From: Candidatus Latescibacterota bacterium
GTDB lineage: Bacteria > Latescibacterota > UBA2968 > GCA-2709665
Length of the DNA: 64,000 nucleotides
Assembly: GCA_965248435.1 (NCBI GenBank)
Contig: OZ252100.1
Span: 4,288,001-4,352,000 of the forward strand
Direction of reading: 5' to 3'
Both the position numbers and the translations under genes were made by a program. The number at the start of each line of letters is the position of its first letter. Position 1 is the stretch's first letter. This document shows positions 28,751-38,232 of the stretch, piece after piece. The notes below the pieces were generated by a model. The model saw nothing but the letters and a program-made list of their open reading frames with translations. It did not search any database and was not told where the DNA came from.

Positions 28751-29704
28751 GTGGTATCTTCAGAGACTAAGGTGCTCATTACAGGGAACGGCCTGCTTGC
28801 CAGCGCCCTCGCAAGAACGAGATCCCTGGACAACCTGACTTGCACCTTTTTTACCCATTGTACTAGACCGATCGGTGCTGACATACTTGGAATGGATGTT
28901 ACGGACAGACCAAGTGTCTTGGACCTCTTCGAAGCAGTGCGCCCCGAGGTCGTTGTTCATACGGCCTCAATCGGCAGCGTGGATTACGCAGAAAAGAATC
29001 CGGACGTCTGTTATAAAACCAATGTAGAAGGGACACAGAACGTGATTTCTGCGTGCCAGAACTTTGGCGCCTTGCTTGTTTTTATTTCCTCCAACGCCGT
29101 TTTTGGTGGCGAAAACGCTCCTTATTCAGAACAAGACGACCCAGATCCGATTAACTACTATGGAAAACTCAAAACTGAAGCGGAACACCACGTCGCCAAG
29201 TCAAACCTCTCCTGGACGATTATCAGGCCCATATTGATGTATGGGTGGCACAGTCCCCAGCATCGAAACAATCCCGTTACCTGGTTACTTGAATCTCTCA
29301 GGGAAGAAAAACCAGTCAAAGTTGTTGACGATGTCTTTTGCAATCCGATGTGGGCGGACAATGGGGCAGAAGCAATTTGGGCTGCAGTTGAAAAACAGGT
29401 TGAGGGGATCTTTCACGTCGCCGGTCAAAACCGGCTGAGTCGATTAGAGTTCGCGTTGGAGTCCGCCGAGGTCTTCGGGCTCGATCCTGACCTGGTCGAA
29501 TCTGTCAGAAGTTCCTATTTCCCCGAGATCGCTCCTCGTCCTGTGGACACCTCTTACAATGTAGAAAAGGCGGAACGAATTCTTGGAATCCGGGCTTTGA
29601 CCACTCGCGAAGGCCTCGAGCGGATGCGGGCGCAGGAGACTGAGAAATCGGCATGGTGGACGGACGAGTCTGAAGTAAACAGGAAGGAATTATGCCGGAA
29701 GTAA
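28751..29704 (+). CDS. RmlD-like SDR (dTDP-4-dehydrorhamnose reductase family)
   Basis: ITGNGLL, ISSNAVF.G, PINYYGKLK, SRLEFA and APRP. Confidence 0.85.
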   Translation: MVSSETKVLITGNGLLASALARTRSLDNLTCTFFTHCTRPIGADILGMDVTDRPSVLDLFEAVRPEVVVHTASIGSVDYAEKNPDVCYKTNVEGTQNVISACQNFGALLVFISSNAVFGGENAPYSEQDDPDPINYYGKLKTEAEHHVAKSNLSWTIIRPILMYGWHSPQHRNNPVTWLLESLREEKPVKVVDDVFCNPMWADNGAEAIWAAVEKQVEGIFHVAGQNRLSRLEFALESAEVFGLDPDLVESVRSSYFPEIAPRPVDTSYNVEKAERILGIRALTTREGLERMRAQETEKSAWWTDESEVNRKELCRK

Positions 29705-30645
29705 GCTTGATTATACCCTGTTATAACGCCGAGAAGTATTTAGGAGAGACGCTTCAGAGTCTTGTCAGGCAGACGTACAGTGATTTTGAAGTCATCGTCG
29801 CCGATGACGGCTCTACAGATCGGACCCGCGAGATCGTAGAGGAGTTCCGACAAAAGCTGCGGATAAAGTACACTTATCAGTCAAACAAGGGACCAGGCAG
29901 CGCTCATAAGCGCGGATTCGGGATAGCGAAGGGGGAATACCTTGCCCTGCTGGATCACGATGATAATTATCTTCCTCACAAGCTCGAAAAGCAGGTTTCC
30001 CTGTTGAAAGAAAATCCCGACCTGGGTATGGCGTATTCGGACGCCTTTGTAATCGACTCGGAAGGCAATCGGATCGGACGGTATTTCAACTTGCGAAAAA
30101 TAACACCCTGCCGGGGTCACGTCTTCCTGGAATTCGTTGTTCGAAATCGCTGCCAGACTTCCACAACAATGTTTTCCAGGACCGCGATAAAGCAGGTCGG
30201 AGAGCTTCGGTCCTATCGATACGCGAATGATTACAATCTGTATCTGCGCGTACTCCATAATTTCCCGGCCGATTTCCTTAACGAACCTCTCTCCGAGCAT
30301 CGATTTCATCCCACGATGACCTCAAACATGGTCGGGCGGGCCCTGTACGATGAGCCGATTGAGATCATGGATGAATGGCTGGAGCGCACATCTATGAGCG
30401 ATCTGGCGCAGCGAAATACAATCATAAAACGCAGAGGAGAATTGAAGCTGAGGTTATCGAAGTGGCTGTTTGAGCGCGACAAGACGGAGGAAGCCCGGGC
30501 GATTTACAGGGAAGCCCTTCAGGATGACGGCCATTTGGGCAGGGGCGTTCGCACGCGTGTCATGTTCCATTTTCCCAGGCTCTGGAGATCTCTTAGGGGA
30601 TGTGCGAAATTCTGCGCGCGTATGAAGAATCAAATTGCTGAATGA
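29692..30645 (+). CDS. Glycosyltransferase family 2
   Basis: VSLIIPCYN, VADDGSTD and LLDHDD. Confidence 0.92.
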   Translation: MPEVSLIIPCYNAEKYLGETLQSLVRQTYSDFEVIVADDGSTDRTREIVEEFRQKLRIKYTYQSNKGPGSAHKRGFGIAKGEYLALLDHDDNYLPHKLEKQVSLLKENPDLGMAYSDAFVIDSEGNRIGRYFNLRKITPCRGHVFLEFVVRNRCQTSTTMFSRTAIKQVGELRSYRYANDYNLYLRVLHNFPADFLNEPLSEHRFHPTMTSNMVGRALYDEPIEIMDEWLERTSMSDLAQRNTIIKRRGELKLRLSKWLFERDKTEEARAIYREALQDDGHLGRGVRTRVMFHFPRLWRSLRGCAKFCARMKNQIAE

Positions 30646-30793
30646 GGGTCTAATCACACTGGATATTCGAAGGGGTTCGGGGGGCGAAGAGGAGCTGAAG
30701 AATGGATTTAGAAAGGCCACTTTGACGCTCCAAAGTCGATCAAGTTTCGGATTCCTTGCCGTCAAGTCTCCGTGAGAGGACACTGAACCAGAC

Positions 30794-31816
30794 GTGAGTC
30801 AGACGAACCGAACAGTTGTTGAAGGAGGAAGCAAATGTCAGGGACGTGAGGTGATCTTTGAAAATTATTACACTCATCCAACACGTTTTGAAAGAACGGT
30901 ATCGGTCTTCGCGGGATTGGGCTATCTCGTATTCAATGACAGGATCGACGATGACGAGGCAAGACACGTAAAGATAGTCGTCAACAAAACACGAGAACTC
31001 GATTCACGTTTCATAAAACGGTTTCCAAACCTGCGAACGATCGTTATCCAGGGAAACGAAGACTGGATGATGAACTTCGACACCTCCGAAACGGATCTGG
31101 ACATTGTTACCCTGGATGCTGACCGGGGATATGATGTTGCGGAGCAGGCCATCGTGTTGATGCTGGAGGGTCTGAAGAAGATCTACCAGTTGAAACGGCC
31201 CCGGCATGTTTTCGCCCTCAGAAATCTGCGCGGCTGGCTTTTTCCCAGGAATGCTGCAGAGGTTGGAGGTGAACACAACTGGGTCCGCATCACGACCAAT
31301 ACGGCTTACGACAAGCGCGTCGGGATTGTTGGATACGGTCTGATTGGAAGACAGATACACAAGCGATTGATCGGGTTCCGATGTGAAATTTTCTACCACA
31401 GCAGGCGTAGATATTCCCATCCGGTGGAAAAACGTCTGGGCATCTCTTTCCTTGATCTCGAACCCATGTTTCAGACCTGCGACATCATTTTCTTGCAGCT
31501 TCCATACCATGAAAACACGGCTGGTCTAATCGATCGTGACGTGATCTCAGGCTGCAAGAAAGATCTGGTGCTGATCAACTGCGGTAGAGCAGGCGTGATT
31601 GACCGAGATGCGCTTTATTCGACCCTGAGAAGAAACAGGCGGATGTTCTATGGTTCAGACGTGTTTTGGAGGGAACCGATGCCCCTGTTTGATAAGTACC
31701 GTCTTTTAAGCAACTGTCTCATTACGCCGCATATGTCCGAAAGCCTAGAGGAGGGTCCGCCTGATATGCTCGCTTTAGTGGAGGAGGCCGTCCAGACCAT
31801 TGGAGAGCGGCCGTGA
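30794..31816 (+). CDS. D-isomer-specific 2-hydroxyacid dehydrogenase family protein
   Basis: VGIVGYGLIG, INCGRAG, DVF..EP and ITPH. Confidence 0.82.
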   Translation: MSQTNRTVVEGGSKCQGREVIFENYYTHPTRFERTVSVFAGLGYLVFNDRIDDDEARHVKIVVNKTRELDSRFIKRFPNLRTIVIQGNEDWMMNFDTSETDLDIVTLDADRGYDVAEQAIVLMLEGLKKIYQLKRPRHVFALRNLRGWLFPRNAAEVGGEHNWVRITTNTAYDKRVGIVGYGLIGRQIHKRLIGFRCEIFYHSRRRYSHPVEKRLGISFLDLEPMFQTCDIIFLQLPYHENTAGLIDRDVISGCKKDLVLINCGRAGVIDRDALYSTLRRNRRMFYGSDVFWREPMPLFDKYRLLSNCLITPHMSESLEEGPPDMLALVEEAVQTIGERP

Positions 31817-32625
31817 CAGATTTGGACTTTGACCGTGCTCGCGATCAACTGCTTGATCCAGATTTCGGCTTTTTCAAGTTAGATCGGTATTTAGGTCAAG
31901 ATCAAGTGGACGCTTATCGTAGTGAGTGTGCGAGATTTCTTGAGACGGGTCCTGTATTCTACGCCAGGATCAATACTGATACGATGTGCGATTATGTCCA
32001 GCCTCGCTCACACGACAACGTCGACCGGACGATCAGGATATATCAGTTTTTTCACAATCAAAGGTCCTCCCGGTCAGATCAGTTGCTGAAGGACGCATTC
32101 GAATTCAGAAATGAGATCGAAGAACCCTGGTTAAAAAATGATGCCTACCGTTTGGAGAGGGACCGACTACAAGACTATATCATTGTGACGAAGTATCACC
32201 CCGATTCCGGTATGCTTTTGAAGCACAAGGACTACGAAGGTAACCTGGATTTCCCCTTGATTCAGTTCATGATTCTGCTTTCAGAGCCATCGGTTGATTA
32301 TGAAAAAGGTGATTTTAATTTGTTCACGAGGCGGGGAAAGAAACTCAGTATTCAAAAAGATTTGAATATGCGAAAGGGCGACGCGCTCGTTTTCGACAAG
32401 TCTCTGTACCATCAGGTGGAAAGGACACGGGGCTCCAAAGCAAGTGATATCGGACGGTGGAGTGTATTGATTGGTGCTCGAGCAAAACTGGATTTGCCCG
32501 AAGGTGCCCGCAAGAAGATGGAGATCTCGTTTGAAACAACTCGGGAGTCATCCTACAAATCGATTCTGTCTCCAGTTCGAAGACTCCTGCGGCCGCTAAA
32601 GGATGCTCTGCGCACTTCGAGATGA
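31813..32625 (+). CDS. 2OG-Fe(II) oxygenase superfamily protein
   Basis: HxD (KHKD), distal His (LYHQV) and Arg (GRWS), with a GD.L.F strand. Confidence 0.72.
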   Translation: MTDLDFDRARDQLLDPDFGFFKLDRYLGQDQVDAYRSECARFLETGPVFYARINTDTMCDYVQPRSHDNVDRTIRIYQFFHNQRSSRSDQLLKDAFEFRNEIEEPWLKNDAYRLERDRLQDYIIVTKYHPDSGMLLKHKDYEGNLDFPLIQFMILLSEPSVDYEKGDFNLFTRRGKKLSIQKDLNMRKGDALVFDKSLYHQVERTRGSKASDIGRWSVLIGARAKLDLPEGARKKMEISFETTRESSYKSILSPVRRLLRPLKDALRTSR

Positions 32626-32679
32626 GTTTGTGTAAGGCTACAAACAGGCTGAATCCGATCGGGGCCTTTAGACATCTTT

Positions 32680-33001
32680 TGATAAAGCGGCAGACGTGTT
32701 TGTTCTTCCTTCTCTCACCGGAAGGGATGCCGCTGGCTGTGATCGAAGCCATGGCTTCGGGGACCCCATTGTGACAACTGATGCTCCGGGATGTCGAGAA
32801 AGTTTTTCCACTAGGTCGGGAGGCCCGTCGGCGCCTTCGGATGAGATCGCCTCTGTGCTTTCGAATGAAACGTTGCGTAAGAAATTGGTGACAAACGCAT
32901 CCAAATGTGTGAACGGATATGATTTGGATTCGGTTGCTCAGCGTTATATGCTCACCTTTGAGCGTACGATTTCACATAAGACAAGAAGAACATCGCGGTA
33001 A
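32680..33001 (+). pseudogene. C-terminal remnant of a GT4 glycosyltransferase
   Basis: Read across two compensating frameshifts it gives KAADVFVLPSLT-EGMPLAVIEAMASGTP-IVTTDAPGCRE, the GT4 EX7E signature. No N-terminal domain is attached. Confidence 0.8.
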
Positions 33002-33089
33002 CATATCCAATGGTTTCTTGGACGTTCGCACCGTGGGTCTGTCGTGATGCTTAAATTCTGGATCTAGAGGACAGAAAATAGATGTTCAG

Positions 33090-33983
33090 AAATGGCATCA
33101 GCAGGACAGCGCTAGCTAACGCCGCGACAGCCGGGGGGGGTATTGGCCTCGCTGATTGTCATCATCGATACCACCACGGGCCGCTGGTACGAGGGTGGAT
33201 TCATGCTTTCAACGAGGCACATCATCGCATACTACGCTTTACCAGCATCTATTTTACTCTCTCTAACCTATTCATTAGTTTAAGGGCTTGGAAGAATACA
33301 AGATTCGATTGGCAATGGTTGTTTTTCACGTATTTTCGGCTTCTACATTATCGAACTGGGATTCGGTTTGCGATGGTTTCAGATTCTTCCCATGGGGGAC
33401 AAGAGAACAAAACTTCAAGTCGTACAAGATTGCCAGGGACGTGTTGGTTTTCAGTTTTCTTTCCTAACCACTTTATTCTTTTCGATAACTGCCCAAAATA
33501 GATGGTCGTGAGGTATTTTCGCTAAGTAGCATATCGAATGTCACTTCGGTTCATAACAACGAAAGTGGGGAGTTTCTAGTTTATGAATCCGATGAGCATG
33601 GATTCCACAATTCAAAAGGTTTGCATGGGTCAGGCATATATATTTGTGTAGTTGGAGATTCGTATACAGATGGGCGCTGCGTAAAATCCGATGAGAACGC
33701 TGTCGCGCTAATTAGAAAGGTTTATCCAAATACACTCAATCTTGGAGTAGGCGGAAGCGGAGCCTTATCAATGTTGGCAACAATCAGGGAATTCGTAGAG
33801 CCACTAAAGCCAAAGACCGTCATCTGGATGTTTGCTGCAAAAAACGATTTGAAGGATACGGCGCGAGAATCGCAAAAGATGGGACTCTACAGTGACCTGA
33901 GTCCGATAGTAAGTTTAGGTACGAACAGATTTTTGAAAGAGGAGTTACGATACGAAGCTCACGCTGGGTTGAACTATGAGTAG
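33090..33983 (+). pseudogene. Degenerate membrane-anchored SGNH-like gene
   Basis: The segment YESDEHGFHN...VVGDSYTDG...NLGVGGSG...KNDL is in frame from about 33489. The upstream TM and DKRTKLQVVQD segments are in another frame with stops, and the C-terminal His block is absent. Confidence 0.6.
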
Positions 33984-35019
33984 GCTAAATGTGAATAGGC
34001 CAGTTGCCGTCGCGATTTTGGCCATTTTTCCGTGCGTCTCCGAGGCCATCGATTCCATCTATACCAATAGCCTTGTGGACACTCGAGAAGCCGTAGAGCT
34101 TGTCAGTGTTCAGAATTCCGATCTCTTGGGAACGTTAACTCCTATCCATGGGACAAGAATCGAGGCAGGCCACGGAGTTGAGATTTATGGGTGTGACGTG
34201 ATCGTGCAAAACGAAGCCGAATCAAACAGACGCTTGCAGGAAGGCGAAAAGATCCAGCTCGGTCTGCCATACGATTTGCGGATCTACTATCGGCTCGTGG
34301 ATTTACCGTATGAGAATCCGTCACACCATATCATTCTTAAATCCGACGACAACTCCACGTTCTATTCATTTCCGATGTTTTCGGAGTTTCTAGACGACCC
34401 TCCTCGTCTGGGCGAAACCAGGGCTCGTGTCATTTCAATTGTTCCAAGATTGGTTGTTGGAGATCTGAATGTGTATCTTAGCTTGGGCAGTCTTCAACAC
34501 GTTGAAGGGCAGCACATTCGTTCCATTCAGTTCGAGGAGAATCCACGCCTCAAGAATATTGCGCGGGGACGTCCCTGTGAATTCGTTCCGGATTTGAACT
34601 GGCACCGACCTCAGAATGCCTCCTGGATACTGACCGATGGGAACATGCCGTTTAGCCACGAGGCTGGGCTCGTGGGATGGATCAAACACGAGACAGTGCG
34701 TATCGAACTCGACCTTGGTGACATCTACCGCGTGAGAGCGCTGGGAGTCAAGGCCAAGGGCGGAGGTGTCTACAATATCTACTTTCCATCGTTGTTGACG
34801 GCCCAGGGTAAGAAACGCGATGGATCGGACGACATTTACCTGGGATCATTTGTTCCAGCTCCTAACGGCGTCTTTAATTTGCGTCCCGAAGATAGGTTTT
34901 ATGCAAATACGTGGTTCGTGGTCAGTTGCGATATCCAGATGAGGTATATTTCTCTCCTTATTTGGCCCAATTATGTCCTGGGATGCGACGAGATCGTTGT
35001 ATTGGCCGAAACAGATTGA
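33976..35019 (+). CDS. Putative secreted protein with C-terminal F5/8 type C (discoidin)-like domain
   Basis: Signal-peptide-like N-terminus (..VSEA), then NIARGRP...LTDG...GW...IELDLG. Confidence 0.55.
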   Translation: MSRLNVNRPVAVAILAIFPCVSEAIDSIYTNSLVDTREAVELVSVQNSDLLGTLTPIHGTRIEAGHGVEIYGCDVIVQNEAESNRRLQEGEKIQLGLPYDLRIYYRLVDLPYENPSHHIILKSDDNSTFYSFPMFSEFLDDPPRLGETRARVISIVPRLVVGDLNVYLSLGSLQHVEGQHIRSIQFEENPRLKNIARGRPCEFVPDLNWHRPQNASWILTDGNMPFSHEAGLVGWIKHETVRIELDLGDIYRVRALGVKAKGGGVYNIYFPSLLTAQGKKRDGSDDIYLGSFVPAPNGVFNLRPEDRFYANTWFVVSCDIQMRYISLLIWPNYVLGCDEIVVLAETD

Positions 35020-36230
35020 GATTCCGGGTTAAGAGTTTGAATTGCAGGGACTTAAACGTATTCGTCGTCTTGCCCAATTACAAAGATTATGTCGATCGTT
35101 TCAAGCTGTTTCGAAATGTCGCGAATCACGTAAATCACGTCCATCTCCTCTTGATGAACGGTCGTCCCGAGATTGCTGGCGATGAACAGCCAATGAACAA
35201 TTTCACCTTGCTGGCCTTCAACGAGGAGAACACCTTTCTGGGAAAGCTGCTCGCTCTTTATCATTTGAGCAGGCAAATTGATCCTTCACTGCCCACCGTT
35301 GTGCATGACACATTTTTCGGGAAGTTGACCCTTTTTGTTCGGAGTCAGATAGTTGGAAGACCGAGAGCGAATATCCGGTTCGTCTTATCGCTGTATTTCC
35401 CGAATCCGAGTTGTCTGTTTTCGCGATGCTGGGATTCAAGAAGGGAGGAGTCGTATTGGCACAATGTGAAGAATTACCTCGCTTTTGGACGAAGAACCAT
35501 CTGGGAGTTTGTCTCTTGCAGGATGACGGACTTCGTAGCAGCAAATTCTCAGGACATTCTAAACGGTTTGGCTCGATACTATCACTTGAGTCAAAGAAGA
35601 CTTTGTTTGGTACCTACAGCTATTTGCACAGATACGTTTAGACCCCGCAATACGAAGGGCCGAAAAGAAGGGAAAAGCCCTTGTTCCTTGCTGTTCGTCG
35701 GAAACATTACGCATCGCAAGGGCGTCGATACCCTCCTAAAAGCGCTGGGTGTCATCATTGGATCGTACAACCTGGAGTTCAAATTTCTGGGCTCGCTGAT
35801 GGATTATAGCCGCCCCTGGTTTTGGCGGTTGATCGATCGGCATGGCCTTAGAGACTCAATAAGTCTAGAGGGGCAGGTGGACAGGGGTCAATTGGTTCAG
35901 TATTATCAAGGGGCGGATATCCTTGTTTGCCCGTCCAGAGTTGAAGGCTCTCCAAGGGTTGTCAAGGAGGCCGCAGCTTGCGGCTGTAGTGTTATCGCAA
36001 CGAGAATCCCAGGAACCACGATCATCGATCCGGATGAGGCGTTTCTCAACTACGTGGACGTTGACGATGTGGTCGGTTTGGCGAACAAGATCTCAGAGCT
36101 TATCGACAATCCCCGGCTACGACTTGAGAAGGCCAGACTGGGAAGAGAGTTAATAGAGGACAAATTCTCTCCGCCGGCTATAGCCGAAAAGATGACTGGA
36201 TTTTATCAGAGCCTTTTCATTCAGGTTTGA
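34911..36230 (+). CDS. Glycosyltransferase family 4 (true start probably near 35030)
   Basis: LFVGN...RKG, ADILVCPS..EGSPRVVKEA and VIATRIPG. Confidence 0.88.
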   Translation: MVRGQLRYPDEVYFSPYLAQLCPGMRRDRCIGRNRLRFRVKSLNCRDLNVFVVLPNYKDYVDRFKLFRNVANHVNHVHLLLMNGRPEIAGDEQPMNNFTLLAFNEENTFLGKLLALYHLSRQIDPSLPTVVHDTFFGKLTLFVRSQIVGRPRANIRFVLSLYFPNPSCLFSRCWDSRREESYWHNVKNYLAFGRRTIWEFVSCRMTDFVAANSQDILNGLARYYHLSQRRLCLVPTAICTDTFRPRNTKGRKEGKSPCSLLFVGNITHRKGVDTLLKALGVIIGSYNLEFKFLGSLMDYSRPWFWRLIDRHGLRDSISLEGQVDRGQLVQYYQGADILVCPSRVEGSPRVVKEAAACGCSVIATRIPGTTIIDPDEAFLNYVDVDDVVGLANKISELIDNPRLRLEKARLGRELIEDKFSPPAIAEKMTGFYQSLFIQV

Positions 36231-36247
36231 TTGCTTGAGGCAGATCC

Positions 36248-37558
36248 ATGTCGAAGCGGATTCCCTTGGCCCTGATTTTCTCAGTCTTTTTTGTTCCTCC
36301 TTTATTCGTACTTGGCATAGCAGGTCTGATATTTTCATTCGGGATATTGGCGTGTCTGCGCCGGGGTTACCATATCACAACTCCGTTGAGTAAGTTCGTG
36401 TCGGTATTCCTGGCGCTGACCCTCATATCGGCGTTTATGAATTGGACGGATCCAATCTCAACGGGGATGTTTCTTGGTTTCCACCTGCTGCCTGTAGCAG
36501 GATTTTGGGGAGTTGTTCAGCTTGGCTGTAATGATCTTTCAATCAACCGGGCCATTCGTTGGATGGGGTGGTTCGTGCTCATTCAGGTTCCAGCGTTTTG
36601 CCTTCAATGGTATCTCGCGGGCGCGAGGGGTTTGACAGATATTTCGTACGATCTCTTTGCAGGATCGATTGCTCGCTCCGAAATCAGCACCCACACTGCT
36701 GGTGTTGTGATGATGTTTGCAATGGTCATCTCGTTCAGTCTTTTTCACACCACGAGGCGAAGATTCTATTTGTGGGCTGCGGTCGCTGGATTCGCGGGGT
36801 GGATCCTTTCAGCAACAGGCCATTCTTATGTGGCGTTCATGGTCGGGGCTGTCATTTTCGCGGTCTATGAGCATAAGAATCGGTTGCTTCGCACTTTTGT
36901 GAGAGCCGTTCCAGCAGTCGCGATCGTATGTTTGGCCATCATTTATACACGGGCTCCGATTTTCCAGGTCATTCAGGATCACTTTTTTTATCCTACCGTG
37001 ATACTCGAATCCGATAAGTTCAAAGCCTACGAACGAACATTCTCTTTGTCCTATTCGTTTGAGGAGATTCCGAGGTGGAATTCGTTGATCGGAGTTGGGC
37101 CCGGGATGTATACGAGTCGCGGTGCGTCGATGAAGACAGGAAAATACTTTAGAGGACGCACATATTCTTTCTTTCCATTTCCCGAGTCGTCTCAGTTCAC
37201 AGACACGGCATTAAGATATCAAACAAAAAGTTCGATTGGCAACGCCCCCTGGTCCTCCTTGATCTCCCTGTGGGGTGAGGTAGGGCCCGGCGTGGTCATC
37301 ATCATCTTTTTGATCTTTTTCGCGGTTTTCCGGATGGCCGGACGCGTCAAGAACGCTACGAATGATCCGTTCTTCAAGGGCCTTTCCGAAGGTGTACAAC
37401 TTTGTTCAATTCTGTATCTCCTGATCATGGGCATAGAGAATTGGCTCGAATTTCCAAAAGTGGCTGCCTTTTTCTGGGTTCTCGTAGCCCTTGTCTATTG
37501 TCATGGATTTAATGCCAGGCGGGCTGCCGCATTGACCGGTGTGAGAGCCGCCGCGTAA
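36248..37558 (+). CDS. Wzy-like polysaccharide polymerase / polytopic membrane protein
   Basis: About 10 TMs with a large late loop containing LIGVGPG, then GEVG and a C-terminal ENWLE.P. Confidence 0.62.
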   Translation: MSKRIPLALIFSVFFVPPLFVLGIAGLIFSFGILACLRRGYHITTPLSKFVSVFLALTLISAFMNWTDPISTGMFLGFHLLPVAGFWGVVQLGCNDLSINRAIRWMGWFVLIQVPAFCLQWYLAGARGLTDISYDLFAGSIARSEISTHTAGVVMMFAMVISFSLFHTTRRRFYLWAAVAGFAGWILSATGHSYVAFMVGAVIFAVYEHKNRLLRTFVRAVPAVAIVCLAIIYTRAPIFQVIQDHFFYPTVILESDKFKAYERTFSLSYSFEEIPRWNSLIGVGPGMYTSRGASMKTGKYFRGRTYSFFPFPESSQFTDTALRYQTKSSIGNAPWSSLISLWGEVGPGVVIIIFLIFFAVFRMAGRVKNATNDPFFKGLSEGVQLCSILYLLIMGIENWLEFPKVAAFFWVLVALVYCHGFNARRAAALTGVRAAA

Positions 37559-37562
37559 GGAA

Positions 37563-38183
37563 ATGATCGCTACCCATCGACCCGTCCAGTATTCCTTTCG
37601 GAAATATGTCTTGCCCCGGGTGGAAGGAATCCGGGTGCTGGACGTGGGGTGTGCGGCCGGCAACTATTTGGAGCTTTTCGATGGGCACTCTGTAGGCTTA
37701 GACGTTAGCACTGGAGACCTGGGGGTCTGCAAGTCCAAGGGGCTCAGGGTGGCCTTGTGCGAGTTCAATCAAGGTCTGTCCTCACAATCAGGAAAGCTAG
37801 ACGCTGTCTTTTGCTCACACGTCCTCGAACACGTGAATTCACCCATCTGTCTACTAAAAGAATGTCACCGTGTGCTGTGTGATGGTGGGCTGTTCATTTT
37901 GGGACTCCCGTTCGAGAGTACCCTGGCCGGATTGTTGAGGAAAGTCAAATACTTCAAACATCACGAAGGCCACCTCTACGCGTTTAGTTTGGAAAATGCA
38001 AGAGTTCTTCTTCAAAAGGCAGGCTTTTTCGCACCAGACATCTATGTAGAACCGTGGCCTGCCCGCAGACTTCAAAGCGTCGGCTTGCTGAATCCAGTTC
38101 TGTCTTTGGTACAGATGCTTCCAAAGAAGATCGGATTATATATATCTTGCGGCCTCTGGTTGGTCTCTCGAAAATCAGGATGA
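37563..38183 (+). CDS. Class I SAM-dependent methyltransferase
   Basis: VLDVGCAAG, DAVFCSHVLEH and HLYAF. Confidence 0.88.
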   Translation: MIATHRPVQYSFRKYVLPRVEGIRVLDVGCAAGNYLELFDGHSVGLDVSTGDLGVCKSKGLRVALCEFNQGLSSQSGKLDAVFCSHVLEHVNSPICLLKECHRVLCDGGLFILGLPFESTLAGLLRKVKYFKHHEGHLYAFSLENARVLLQKAGFFAPDIYVEPWPARRLQSVGLLNPVLSLVQMLPKKIGLYISCGLWLVSRKSG

Positions 38184-38232
38184 TTTTTACCGACGTTGGC
38201 TGGCGGCCAGGGAGGCGCTTGTCAACCTCCAG

